A stretch of 64,000 nucleotides of DNA. It comes from Candidatus Shapirobacteria bacterium. GTDB lineage: Bacteria > Patescibacteriota > Microgenomatia > UBA12405. Shown piece after piece: positions 47,579-57,226 of the stretch. The notes beneath the pieces were generated by a model, which saw only the letters and a program-made list of their open reading frames with translations, did not search any database and was not told the origin of the DNA. Position numbers and translations under genes: made by a program. Within the stretch, counting starts at the first letter, position 1. Every line of letters begins with the position of its first letter. The stretch spans positions 483,324 through 547,323 of the forward strand of contig JACPHO010000001.1 of the NCBI GenBank assembly GCA_016188545.1, given 5' to 3'.

Positions 47579-48910
47579 ATGAGCACAAACCAAAACGATC
47601 TGACCGCCAACATTGTTTCACTTTGTAAACGCCGAGGGATTATCTTTCAAAACTCTGAAATCTATGGAGGAGTCCAGGGTTTCTATGACTATGGTCCCAT
47701 AGGTTCTATCATGAAAAAGAATTGGAAAGACCTTTGGATCCGTTCAAATGTCACCACTCGCCCGGATGTTGTTATGATTGACGGGACTATCATTACCCAC
47801 CCTCGTGTTTGGGAAGCTTCCGGTCATGTCAAAAATTTCGGTGACGAGTTAGTGGAGTGTAAATCATGCCACAAACGATTTCGACCAGACCTAATCGATA
47901 ATGCACCAAAGTGTCCCGAGTGTGGTGGAGAATTTACTACACCTAGAAAATACAATATTCTTTTCCACACTGAAATAGGGGTTATAGAAGGTGAAAAGAT
48001 GGCAGCCTATCTCCGTGGAGAGGCTTGTCAAACTATCTATCTCGATTTTAAAAACGTTGTTAACTCTTGTCGCGTCAAAATTCCTTTTGGCATAGCCCAG
48101 ATCGGAAAAGCCTTCCGCAATGAGATAACTCCCAAAAACTTTCTCTATCGCACCCGCGAATTCGAACAATGGGACATCCAATATTTCACCCACCCTTCTG
48201 AAATGGATAAATGGTACGAGTATTGGAAACAAGACAGAATGGATTGGTATCTCAAACTGTTTAATAAAAAAGATAGTTTGCGTTTCCGTGCTCATGGGGA
48301 TGATGAACTAATCTTTTATGCCAAAAAAGCATTTGACATTGAGTACAACGCTCCATGGGGATGGGCCGAAATGGAGGGAATTCACTGGCGTTCAGATTAT
48401 GATTTGACTCAACACAGCAAATTTAGTGGTCAGGACCTCACCTATCTCGATCCAGTCACTCACGAAAAGTATTTGCCACACATTGTTGAAACATCTGGAG
48501 GAGTCGACCGCTCATTATTCTTCCTACTCCTCGATGCCTATCAGGAAGAAAAACTCGAGAGTGGTGACATCCGTACAGTATTAAAAATCAATCCGCTAGT
48601 TTCCGCCTATAAAGTGGCAATTTTCCCACTAGCATCCAACAAACCAGAACTAGTCAGCAAAGCCCAAGATCTGTGGAAAACACTTTCTAAAAAATACTCT
48701 GTCGATTTCGATGATAGCAGTAATATTGGTAAAAAATATCGCCGACAAGACGAGATTGGAACACCATGGTGTGCAGTGGTCGACTTCCAAACCTTGGAAG
48801 ATAATACCGTCTCTATCCGCAATCGGGATACCATGATCCAATCCAGAATAAAGTTAGACGAAGTTGACAAGTGGTTATCAACCCAACTAAACTCCATATA
48901 TGAGAAATAA
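47579..48910 (+). CDS. glyQS: Glycine--tRNA ligase, homodimeric (alpha2) type
   Basis: LCKRRG.IF...EIYGG, DYGP, WEASGH, GIAQIGKAFRNEITP.NF.YR.REFEQ, IGK.YRRQDEIGTP. Confidence 0.96.
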   Translation: MSTNQNDLTANIVSLCKRRGIIFQNSEIYGGVQGFYDYGPIGSIMKKNWKDLWIRSNVTTRPDVVMIDGTIITHPRVWEASGHVKNFGDELVECKSCHKRFRPDLIDNAPKCPECGGEFTTPRKYNILFHTEIGVIEGEKMAAYLRGEACQTIYLDFKNVVNSCRVKIPFGIAQIGKAFRNEITPKNFLYRTREFEQWDIQYFTHPSEMDKWYEYWKQDRMDWYLKLFNKKDSLRFRAHGDDELIFYAKKAFDIEYNAPWGWAEMEGIHWRSDYDLTQHSKFSGQDLTYLDPVTHEKYLPHIVETSGGVDRSLFFLLLDAYQEEKLESGDIRTVLKINPLVSAYKVAIFPLASNKPELVSKAQDLWKTLSKKYSVDFDDSSNIGKKYRRQDEIGTPWCAVVDFQTLEDNTVSIRNRDTMIQSRIKLDEVDKWLSTQLNSIYEK

Positions 48911-49538
48911 AATTACCTACTATTCCCTTATCTTAGCGTCAGCACTTCTGCTGTCTGCTTGTACTCCAAAAAATAAAGCCCCGGTCGTCGTTCCGACTCC
49001 AACACCTAAGCTAATTGAAATACCTGTAAGTGAAAGACCAATAATCAATCTCACACCAAGGGAAGATGGCCATATGCTTTTCTTAAAGATCTCTGAAATT
49101 CCCAAAAGTGTAGCTTCCATCGAGTACGAGCTGATCTATTCAGCAAAGGACGAATCAGTCGAAATCGAAAAAGGGCTCGGTGACACGATTAAAGATGTTA
49201 GTGGAAGTATTGAGCGTAAATTATTACTAGGTACAGAAAGTTGTACCAATGGTTGTAAGTACAAATATGATGAGGGTGTTGGTGGTGGCACAATTTCGCT
49301 AAAATTTTTTAACAGTAATGGACAGATGTCCACCTACGAATCTTCATTCAACCTAAAATCTACTGCTCAACTGAAGAAAGATCAGGTATTCAAACTAACT
49401 ACTGATAGTTTTGAAGTTCCACTTCCAGCCAAACTTACCGGTAGCAACTACTTCACACTTATCAAACAGTTCCGCGGGGGTTACTCTGTTTTTAGTAGTG
49501 GTACCAGTCCACTCGCAGGTGACTACCCCAAGCCCTAA
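48900..49538 (+). CDS. Putative lipoprotein
   Basis: Lipobox LLSAC, Pro/Thr linker, GTESC..GCKYKY. Confidence 0.75.
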   Translation: MRNKITYYSLILASALLLSACTPKNKAPVVVPTPTPKLIEIPVSERPIINLTPREDGHMLFLKISEIPKSVASIEYELIYSAKDESVEIEKGLGDTIKDVSGSIERKLLLGTESCTNGCKYKYDEGVGGGTISLKFFNSNGQMSTYESSFNLKSTAQLKKDQVFKLTTDSFEVPLPAKLTGSNYFTLIKQFRGGYSVFSSGTSPLAGDYPKP

Positions 49539-50425
49539 TGGAATATCACGTCCCAGTGTTGCTCAACGAAGTTTTAGACCTGCTTTCTGTAAAGCTGGGT
49601 AACATTTATATTGACGGTACTCTAGGTAACGGCGGTCATACTCTAGAAATTCTCAAGAAAGGCGGTGAAGTATATGGAATTGACAGTGACCAAAATAATC
49701 TTGACTTAGCCACGTCAAGGATAGTCGACTCAGGCTATGCGGTTCATTTCCACCCTATCAAGGGTAACTTTACTGACCTTAAACAGATAATTAGTAAAAA
49801 TATCAGTTCCCCAATACACGGAATACTTCTAGATCTGGGATTAAGTTCAAATCAGCAAAAGGCATCTGGTCGCGGTTTCTCTTTTAATGACGAGCAGTCG
49901 CTTGATATGAGACTTGACCCAGCCACACAAGAACTAACAGCAGAGAAAATAATCAATACCTATTCTTTTGAGCAACTTTTCAACATATTTTCTAAGATTG
50001 CTCAAGAGAAATTAAGTAAACCTCTCGCTCAAAAAATCATCACCAAAAGAAAGTCATCTCCCATCAAAGATGGCGCTACCTTAGCCAAAATTATCCGCGA
50101 TGCTTATCTTGCAAAAGGTATCCGAACCAAGATCGATCCTAGTACCAAAATATTTATGGCTCTCAGAATAGTCGTCAATCAAGAATTTGAAAACCTCAAA
50201 CAATTTTTGGATTCAACACTCCACACTCCTTCCTTAAATAATGCCACTGTTTGCATAATCTCTTTTCATTCTGGAGAAGACCGAATTGTTAAGCAGTTCA
50301 TCCGAGAACACCATCCGAGTCTCATTACTTCCCATTCGTCAAAAGCCATTACTGCTACCCACAAAGAAACGGCGGTAAACCCACTCAGTAGGTCAGCCGT
50401 CCTCAGATCATATAGAATAAATTAA
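49538..50425 (+). CDS. rsmH: 16S rRNA m4C1402 methyltransferase
   Basis: HVPVLLNEV, DGTLGNGGH, DLGLSS.Q, RGFSF, LDMR, ISFHSGEDRIVK, NP.SRSA.LR. Confidence 0.96.
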   Translation: MEYHVPVLLNEVLDLLSVKLGNIYIDGTLGNGGHTLEILKKGGEVYGIDSDQNNLDLATSRIVDSGYAVHFHPIKGNFTDLKQIISKNISSPIHGILLDLGLSSNQQKASGRGFSFNDEQSLDMRLDPATQELTAEKIINTYSFEQLFNIFSKIAQEKLSKPLAQKIITKRKSSPIKDGATLAKIIRDAYLAKGIRTKIDPSTKIFMALRIVVNQEFENLKQFLDSTLHTPSLNNATVCIISFHSGEDRIVKQFIREHHPSLITSHSSKAITATHKETAVNPLSRSAVLRSYRIN

Positions 50426-50682
50426 TGTATAACATTGTTCTTTTAGTTTTTACGATAATCTGTTTTCTCCTCCAAGTCGGCTTTTCTATTTTTTACTCGA
50501 TTAATATCGTTGATATTAGCAATGAGGCCAACCAAGTCCAAAAAAAACTTGAAACTAGCCAAATTGAATTGCAGTTATTAAAAGCCAAATACTTGGAACA
50601 AAGTTCCCTCATGGTTATTCAAAAAGACCCCTCTACTAAGAGTCTTCTACCAATTACCAAAACCGTTACTATTAATCCATGA
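50425..50682 (+). CDS. ftsL: Cell division protein FtsL-like
   Basis: Single TM plus coiled coil, in the syntenic position between rsmH and the PBP. Confidence 0.6.
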   Translation: MYNIVLLVFTIICFLLQVGFSIFYSINIVDISNEANQVQKKLETSQIELQLLKAKYLEQSSLMVIQKDPSTKSLLPITKTVTINP

Positions 50683-52295
50683 TTCCTGATCGCCAAAAAA
50701 CAGTAGTCCTGACTTTAGCCCTCTGCTATCTGGCGGTTGTAGTGAAACTTTTTTACATCCAGATCATAAAATATCCAGAATTATCACGACAGTTATTATC
50801 ACAAAATTTTAAAACGACCACTATCAAGCCAGAAATGGGCAGTATTCTGGACAGTCAAGGTAAGCCGCTCGTTTCTTATCAAACATTTTTCCAAGCCAGT
50901 ATTTACAAACCAGATCTCAAAACAAAAACTGACGCCCTTACTCCACTGCTGGTATCTAAAAACCCACAACTGCCCCAGTCCGACATAGACAAGCTAACTA
51001 AGTTTGTCCAAAACGACAAACAAAAATGGCTGAGTCTCTCTGGATTGTTTGACCTGCGTCAATCCAAAGAGGTTGATGATCCCGGTATAGTCTTTACAAA
51101 AGTAAGTCAACCAATATTTACAGAAAAAAATCTTGGCGACATTTTTTTGGGATCTAGTGGACTCGCCGGCTACTACAAAAGACAACTCTCCGGGAAGGTA
51201 GGATTTTCATGGGAAACCAAAGACGCTGTCGGTAACACTATTCTTACTCATCCAGGCTGGATAATTGACCCCGTTAAAGGTAGCGACATCCCCACTTATG
51301 TCAATCGACAAATTCAATACCTGACAGAAACTACTCTGGCGGAAGGGATCAAACAGTTTTCCGCCGATTCCGGAGAAATACTTATAATAGATCCCAGTAC
51401 TGGCGGTATTATCGCCATGAGTGCTCAAACAGCATCTAGTAGTACAGAAGCGACCTCGAGTGCAGAGGCCACCGCCAGTGCCACCATTTTACATTCAAAC
51501 CCCATCATTGCCAATTTATTTGAACCAGGATCAATTGTCAAACCTTTAATCATGACTCTGGCACTTGATTCGGACTCTATAAAACCTGATTTTATCTGTA
51601 CTAAGTGCGATCGTCCCCACCAAATCGGCCAATATGCCGTTAGTAACTGGGACAGTAATTTTCATGCCAACTCGGATTTAAAGGATATTATCAAGAACTC
51701 TGACAACATCGGAATGAGTTATATCATCAAAGATGTGGGGCTCGAAAAATTTCAAAAATATTTCAAACTGTTAGGACTCGATCGAAAAACCGGTATCGAT
51801 CTACCAGGAGAAGCTAGGCCACTCCTGAAAAGCTATTGGCCTGAAATAGACTTAGCTACGGCTTCTTTTGGACAAGGTTTTGCGGTCACTCAAGTCCAAA
51901 TGCTGACTGCCTTTAACACCATCGCCAATAACGGGGTTCGAGTCGGTCCCCACTTTAGACAGGACCAAAAAACTATTTCCACCAAGGTGTACGAAGCCAA
52001 GTCTGTCGAGCTCATAAAAGACATTCTCCGTTATGGAGTTGAGAACGGGGCAGTCGCAAAGTTTAAACCAGATTCTCTTGAAGTTTGTGGAAAAAGTGGA
52101 ACTTCACAAGTTGCAGTAAAGGGAGGATATTCTGACACATCAACCATCGCTTCCTACATTGGATTTAGCCCCTGTAAAAATCCCGAATTTACAATGATCG
52201 TCACAATCCACAACCCAAGAACATCACCTTGGGGCTCCAGCACTGCAGCTCCAATCTGGTATAAAATAGCGGGAAAACTACCGTCTCTGTTATAA
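50679..52295 (+). CDS. ftsI: Class B penicillin-binding protein (FtsI/PBP3-like)
   Basis: FEPGSIVK (SxxK), SDN, KSGTSQ motifs; N-terminal TM. Confidence 0.9.
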   Translation: MIPDRQKTVVLTLALCYLAVVVKLFYIQIIKYPELSRQLLSQNFKTTTIKPEMGSILDSQGKPLVSYQTFFQASIYKPDLKTKTDALTPLLVSKNPQLPQSDIDKLTKFVQNDKQKWLSLSGLFDLRQSKEVDDPGIVFTKVSQPIFTEKNLGDIFLGSSGLAGYYKRQLSGKVGFSWETKDAVGNTILTHPGWIIDPVKGSDIPTYVNRQIQYLTETTLAEGIKQFSADSGEILIIDPSTGGIIAMSAQTASSSTEATSSAEATASATILHSNPIIANLFEPGSIVKPLIMTLALDSDSIKPDFICTKCDRPHQIGQYAVSNWDSNFHANSDLKDIIKNSDNIGMSYIIKDVGLEKFQKYFKLLGLDRKTGIDLPGEARPLLKSYWPEIDLATASFGQGFAVTQVQMLTAFNTIANNGVRVGPHFRQDQKTISTKVYEAKSVELIKDILRYGVENGAVAKFKPDSLEVCGKSGTSQVAVKGGYSDTSTIASYIGFSPCKNPEFTMIVTIHNPRTSPWGSSTAAPIWYKIAGKLPSLL

Positions 52296-52309
52296 TTCCT
52301 ATGCACTAA

Positions 52310-53587
52310 ATGACCCCTCAAACTGTAAAGATCTATATTCAAAAACTCAAAAATATTTTTTGGCATTTACCTAAAAGTATTTTTTTTAATTTTTACTATG
52401 GTTTTCCTTCCCGGAAACTCACTTTAGTTGCTGTAACCGGAACCGACGGAAAGACCACTACAGTCAACCTCCTTCATGAACTTCTACTCCAGTCCGGTGT
52501 AAAGGTGGGTTCTATATCTACCCTAGGCGCCAAGATTGGCGAAAAAAATACTAGCGTCGGTCTTCACACCACCTCTCCCGATTCCAAAGTTGTCCAAGAG
52601 ATGTTTAAGAAAATGGTGGAGCAGGGCATTACTCATGCAGTTATTGAAGTCACTGCGCACGCCATCGACCAATATCGTTTTTGGGGGTGTCACTTTGAAG
52701 TTGCTCTTATAACCAATACTTCACACGAACACTTAGACGACTTTTTTGATATGGCTCATTACATTAGTACTAAAGCTAAACTGTTTACCCAAGCTACTCA
52801 CAACATCCTCAACAAGGACGACCCATCATACAAAGTAGTTACCGACCTAAATCCTAAAAATCTAACAACTTATAGTACAAAGGAAAAAGCAGACTATAGA
52901 GCTGCAGAAATAAAGCTAACTCCCACCAAATTAAGTTTTTATATCAACAAAACCCTAATCAATACTGATAGTAACTATCTTTACCAGGTATCAAATATCC
53001 TGGCCGCCTTCGCAGCCGCAAATATTTTAAATATATCCGTAGAAATATTTAAAAAAGTAGTCCGTCAATTTCCGTCAATGCAAGGCCGTCGTGAAGAAGT
53101 TAAAAACGATCTTGGTATCCGTTGTATAGTTGACTTTGCCCACACCCCTGCAGCCATCTCATCTACTCTTGAAACTATCCGAGCCACTTCTAAGGGTAAA
53201 AATATAATTATATTCGGAGCTACTGGTGGACGAGACCAAAGTAAGCGGCCGATTATGGGAAAAATTGTCTCCGAACTTGCCGATATTGCCATTATAACCG
53301 CCGACGACACTCGTCATGAAAAGATAGAAGTAATCAACAAGCAAATTATTAGCGGTATCGATCAATCTCGTGTAAAAAGTAAGAAATTCAGTTACCACAA
53401 CATTCCTGGACGTCAGGACGCATTTAACTACGCCCTAAAGATAGCTCAACCAGGTGATACTGTCATTGCCTGTGGCAAGGGACATGAAAACACCATTCTT
53501 CACGGCAATACTGAGTACCCCTGGTCCGAGTCCGAAGCTTTTAGAACTGCCCTACGTCATCGCAATCAAAATAATGGCAACATATAA
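52310..53587 (+). CDS. murE: MurE-type UDP-MurNAc-peptide ligase lacking the N-terminal domain
   Basis: VTGTDGKTTT, HTTSP, EVTAH, TN..HEHLD, VDFAHTP, GGRD..KR..MG, GKGHE. Confidence 0.88.
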   Translation: MTPQTVKIYIQKLKNIFWHLPKSIFFNFYYGFPSRKLTLVAVTGTDGKTTTVNLLHELLLQSGVKVGSISTLGAKIGEKNTSVGLHTTSPDSKVVQEMFKKMVEQGITHAVIEVTAHAIDQYRFWGCHFEVALITNTSHEHLDDFFDMAHYISTKAKLFTQATHNILNKDDPSYKVVTDLNPKNLTTYSTKEKADYRAAEIKLTPTKLSFYINKTLINTDSNYLYQVSNILAAFAAANILNISVEIFKKVVRQFPSMQGRREEVKNDLGIRCIVDFAHTPAAISSTLETIRATSKGKNIIIFGATGGRDQSKRPIMGKIVSELADIAIITADDTRHEKIEVINKQIISGIDQSRVKSKKFSYHNIPGRQDAFNYALKIAQPGDTVIACGKGHENTILHGNTEYPWSESEAFRTALRHRNQNNGNI

Positions 53588-54167
53588 CCTCGACCAACTT
53601 CCAACCATCGACCAATCTTATGAGCAAGGGATGCTTCCCCAAAGAAATGATAAAACAAAATTCTATAAAGACACCAGTGGGCGCTGCAATCTAGCCAACT
53701 ATTCACTAAGTTCAGAAAACCGGCGTATTCTTCGCAAAACCGATCAATATACCTGCCGCTCTCTTCCGCTTTGCGAGTTTGAATATACCCCTTTAATACA
53801 AAAACAAATTTATAATTGGATAAAATTACTCGGCTGGGATTTTCCCATAAGCTCAGTCAAGACTATTTTTAACTCTCATATCTTTAATCATCTGGACATT
53901 TGGCAAGATGGCGAAAAAGTTATCGCCTACTCTATTTGCTACACTTCACCTCACATCTCTCACATTGCCTATGTCTTCTACGACCCACAATACTCCCACG
54001 GGGACTTACCAATCAGACTAGTCCTCCAATTCGTCATCAATAGTTACGAACAACATCGTAAGTACTGCTATTTAGGAAGATTTTCAGGCGAGGTCGGTTA
54101 CTATAAAAGGAACATGCCCGGATTCGAACACTTTCAAGACGGTGTTTGGGTAAAGTTTAAAAAATAA
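53574..54167 (+). CDS. ATE/Bpt-like aminoacyl-tRNA-dependent transferase
   Basis: R.NL..Y.LSSENRRILRK, Y.FYDP.Y, L......Y.YLG, YK....FE....W match the arginyl/leucyl-tRNA-protein transferase pattern; ATG overlaps the murE end. Confidence 0.65.
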   Translation: MATYNLDQLPTIDQSYEQGMLPQRNDKTKFYKDTSGRCNLANYSLSSENRRILRKTDQYTCRSLPLCEFEYTPLIQKQIYNWIKLLGWDFPISSVKTIFNSHIFNHLDIWQDGEKVIAYSICYTSPHISHIAYVFYDPQYSHGDLPIRLVLQFVINSYEQHRKYCYLGRFSGEVGYYKRNMPGFEHFQDGVWVKFKK

Positions 54168-54168
54168 T

Positions 54169-55476
54169 ATGAGAATTCACATACTGGCTATTGTCGGAAA
54201 AATGACAACACCGTTGGCTGTCGAACTTCAGAGATTGGGTCACACTGTCACCGGTTCTGATCAAGATAAAATATATCCACCAGCTAGTACCACTCTAGAA
54301 AAAAACTCCATATCAGTAAACACCAGGACTATCGATAAAAATATAGATCTTGTTATAGTCGGTTCTTCTTATACTCACTTTACAAGATGCGTCCAAGAGT
54401 TAGCGCAAGCCAAAAAACTTGGTATTCCTTTTATTCCAGCAACTGAATATTTAGCGAATATGCTAGTCAAACAAAATTCAATTGTCGTGGCCGGGTCTTT
54501 CGGCAAGACGACCATAACAGCACTCCTAGCTTTTCTTTTTGACAAACTAGGACTCGATCCAAGCTATTGTTTTGGCGAAAAAATAATCAACAACCTTCCC
54601 TCAGTTCACTCCTCAAATTCAGACTGGTCAATTATTGAAGGCGACGAGTCTATCAACGGTCTCGACACAAAAGCAAAATTCTTTTCATACGGTCCAAAAT
54701 ATCTCATTCTCACTTCAGTTGGTTGGGAGCACAAAGATTCTTATCCGACCCAGGAAGCCAACCAGCAGGCATTTTCAGACCTACTAAGTTTAGTCCCTCC
54801 TGATGGGATAGTTGTCTACAACCCAGAGGATAGTGGCATAAATCAGATTTTTTCTTCCACAAAAGCTACTACGGTTCCGTACGAAAATTTTAGTTTCGAT
54901 ACTTCACTTATTGGTATGCACAATAATCAAAACATTCGTGCCGCCCTTACCCTTATTAAGGCATTAAAACTTGACCTCCAAAGGGCAATCGAATTAATAC
55001 CCACCTTTTTGGGAGTAGAACGACGACTCCAAATTATTTCCAAAACTTCAAACATAACAATAATAGATGACTACGCTCAGTCTGCCATCAGAGTTAACAC
55101 AGCCATAAATTCCATTCGCGAAACTTTTCCATCAGCTGCTATAAAAGTTTTTTTTGAACCTCACGCCTCATTTCTCCAAAGTGTTTCCGGTTTGAATGGT
55201 TTCAAAGATGCTTTTTCTACATGTTCAGAAGTTATACTTTCCCAAATTAATTATCGCAAATCCATAAAAGGTGACCGAGTTACTGCACGTAGTTTTACTG
55301 ATGAGATAGGGGATTCACTCAAATACATTCCCATCTACGAGGACATATTCCAGCATTTTAAGAATTCACTAAAACCAGGTGATATTTTAATTCATTTTAG
55401 TTCAGGAGGTCTTGATGGACTCAATACGCTAAAGCGTCTAGTCTCCCACTTCAACCCTGAAATACCATATACTTAA
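54169..55476 (+). CDS. Mur ligase of MurC/Mpl family, closer to Mpl (murein peptide ligase)
   Basis: MRIHIL.I.G....LA....LGH.VTGSD...YPP.ST.LE N-terminus, GSFGKTT, EGDE, TKAKF, FEP and GD..I..SSGG C-terminal motifs resemble Mpl more than MurC. Confidence 0.8.
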   Translation: MRIHILAIVGKMTTPLAVELQRLGHTVTGSDQDKIYPPASTTLEKNSISVNTRTIDKNIDLVIVGSSYTHFTRCVQELAQAKKLGIPFIPATEYLANMLVKQNSIVVAGSFGKTTITALLAFLFDKLGLDPSYCFGEKIINNLPSVHSSNSDWSIIEGDESINGLDTKAKFFSYGPKYLILTSVGWEHKDSYPTQEANQQAFSDLLSLVPPDGIVVYNPEDSGINQIFSSTKATTVPYENFSFDTSLIGMHNNQNIRAALTLIKALKLDLQRAIELIPTFLGVERRLQIISKTSNITIIDDYAQSAIRVNTAINSIRETFPSAAIKVFFEPHASFLQSVSGLNGFKDAFSTCSEVILSQINYRKSIKGDRVTARSFTDEIGDSLKYIPIYEDIFQHFKNSLKPGDILIHFSSGGLDGLNTLKRLVSHFNPEIPYT

Positions 55477-55484
55477 GTGTCTTT

Positions 55485-56519
55485 ATGATTCATCTTTACC
55501 TAGGACTTCTCTTATTCTCTTTCCTCACCAACAGCATTTTGGTGATTCCTTTCATCAACCTTCTATATAAACTAAAATTTCAACGACAAGAACAAACCAC
55601 TCTTGATTTTCAAAACAAGCACACCACAGTCTTTGACAAATACCACAGCCAGAAGTCAGGCACTCCCGTTGGAGGAGGACTGTTAATTATTTTTACAGTA
55701 TCTGTCCTATTCGCGTTCCTATTCCCAATTCTCAAGTTTTCCAACATTTATATTTCCAGTAACTACAAAATAGACAACGAAATTCTGATCATTTTTTTTA
55801 CTTTTGTCAGTTTCGCTGTTCTAGGTTTATACGATGATGTTCTAAAATTTTTTAACTTCGAAAAAACGGGATTCTTTGGGCTAAAAATGTTACACAAGTT
55901 GATACTCCAAATACTTCTTGCCTTCTCGATTTCTGTCTACCTTTATCTTAACTTGGGCATAAGTTTTGTATATATCCCCTTTGTTGGAGCAGTTGCTCTG
56001 GGTTGGTTTTCTGTACCGCTCTATACAATAATTATTGCCGGATTCGCCAACTTTTTCAATATTAGTGATGGACTCGACGGTCTTTCCTGCGGTCTACTAA
56101 TGATTGCCCTTTTTGCCTTCTGGTTTCTTTCCAATGCCTCCCTTGATACACCCATCTCTTTATTTTTAGCTCTATGGCTTGGCGCGCTTATCGCTTTTTT
56201 ATATTTCAATATTTATCCAGCCCGCATCTGGTTAGGAGATGTTGGCTCACTTTCATTTGGTGCCACATTTGCCCTCATCGCAATTATTCTGGGTAAACTC
56301 GTCCCTCTAATGATTGTCGGCGCCCCTTTTATTATTGAAGGCTTAAGCAGTGCCGTTCAGATAATTAGTAAAAGCTACTTTCATAAAAAGATTTTTCCAG
56401 CAGCGCCCATCCACCTAACACTTCAGAAAAACGGCTGGGAAGAGCCAAAAATTGTTTTTAGAGCTTGGCTTGCCGGTATAATATTAGCTATTTTTGGTCT
56501 ATGGCTGGGGATAAATTAG
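55485..56519 (+). CDS. mraY: Phospho-N-acetylmuramoyl-pentapeptide transferase
   Basis: K.GTP.GGG, GLYDD, N.FNISDGLDGL, FN.YPA.I.LGDVGS, APIH, GW.E.KIV.R.W. Confidence 0.93.
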   Translation: MIHLYLGLLLFSFLTNSILVIPFINLLYKLKFQRQEQTTLDFQNKHTTVFDKYHSQKSGTPVGGGLLIIFTVSVLFAFLFPILKFSNIYISSNYKIDNEILIIFFTFVSFAVLGLYDDVLKFFNFEKTGFFGLKMLHKLILQILLAFSISVYLYLNLGISFVYIPFVGAVALGWFSVPLYTIIIAGFANFFNISDGLDGLSCGLLMIALFAFWFLSNASLDTPISLFLALWLGALIAFLYFNIYPARIWLGDVGSLSFGATFALIAIILGKLVPLMIVGAPFIIEGLSSAVQIISKSYFHKKIFPAAPIHLTLQKNGWEEPKIVFRAWLAGIILAIFGLWLGIN

Positions 56520-57043
56520 CGCTTCTAAAACTGGAAATCCAAAAATATCTTGGTATTCCTTATTTCACCAATAAGGGTAAATTTAAAACAACTGGTTCTA
56601 ATGTTTTTGTTGGTAAAGGCACAGCCAAAGAAATTGCTCTGGAAACAATCAATTTAGCCAATCAACAAAATATTAAACTATTGGAACTATCCGCCGACCG
56701 CATCTATAATTTTCAGAAAAAAAACCACCTTGGCATCGATTGTTCTGGTTTAGCGTGCCATTTGCTCAATTTTTATTTCGATACCAAATTAGACCCACGC
56801 CGCACATCTGCACAGATGCTGACCTCATCGCCACTTTCACAAGAAATTGAAGACCCCACAACCGGCGACCTAGTCCAACAAAAGAACGGTAAGCATCTAT
56901 TGTTTATCGTCGAAAAAGACGGCAATATAATCAACTATATCGATAGTAGTTTCGAAGGCAGAGGAGTTCGTTACGGGAGTTTCAATATCAACAACCCAGT
57001 TTTCAAACACGACGGTTTTTTCCGTCTACTTCTCCTCAATTAG
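56501..57043 (+). CDS. NlpC/P60 family cysteine peptidase, no signal peptide
   Basis: YLGIPY, GIDCSG catalytic Cys, GDLV...H, SS..GV. Confidence 0.75.
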   Translation: MAGDKLALLKLEIQKYLGIPYFTNKGKFKTTGSNVFVGKGTAKEIALETINLANQQNIKLLELSADRIYNFQKKNHLGIDCSGLACHLLNFYFDTKLDPRRTSAQMLTSSPLSQEIEDPTTGDLVQQKNGKHLLFIVEKDGNIINYIDSSFEGRGVRYGSFNINNPVFKHDGFFRLLLLN

Positions 57044-57193
57044 TTCGCGATAAGTCAAGGGTTCTAAAGATTGTATTTCTACTTCAGTTCCACACTCACT
57101 ACATTCCAAAATATCACCAACTACCATTCCCTCAATTTGAGGTATTTCACTATTACAATCCGGACAAGTAATTTTTAAGTTCGCATCAGCCAT
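57026..57193 (-). CDS. LysW-like zinc-ribbon protein ending in EEK (not in ORF track)
   Basis: Manual translation: MADANLKITCPDCNSEIPQIEGMVVGDILECSECGTEVEIQSLEPLTYRELIEEK (55 aa); CPDC...GDILECxxCGxxVE is the LysW pattern. Confidence 0.8.
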   Translation of the reverse strand: MADANLKITCPDCNSEIPQIEGMVVGDILECSECGTEVEIQSLEPLTYRELIEEK

Positions 57194-57226
57194 AATTATT
57201 GGTTAAAATATAACTAAACCTATTAT

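Noticed and set aside
50310-50350. HPSLITSHSSK segment in RsmH as another repeat-derived insertion
   Set aside because: DNA periodicity is too weak to support by eye; needs orthologue alignment.
57061-57068. Isolated GTTCTAAA octamer (also near 58773)
   Set aside because: Single copies explained by ordinary codons; expected by chance in AT-rich DNA.
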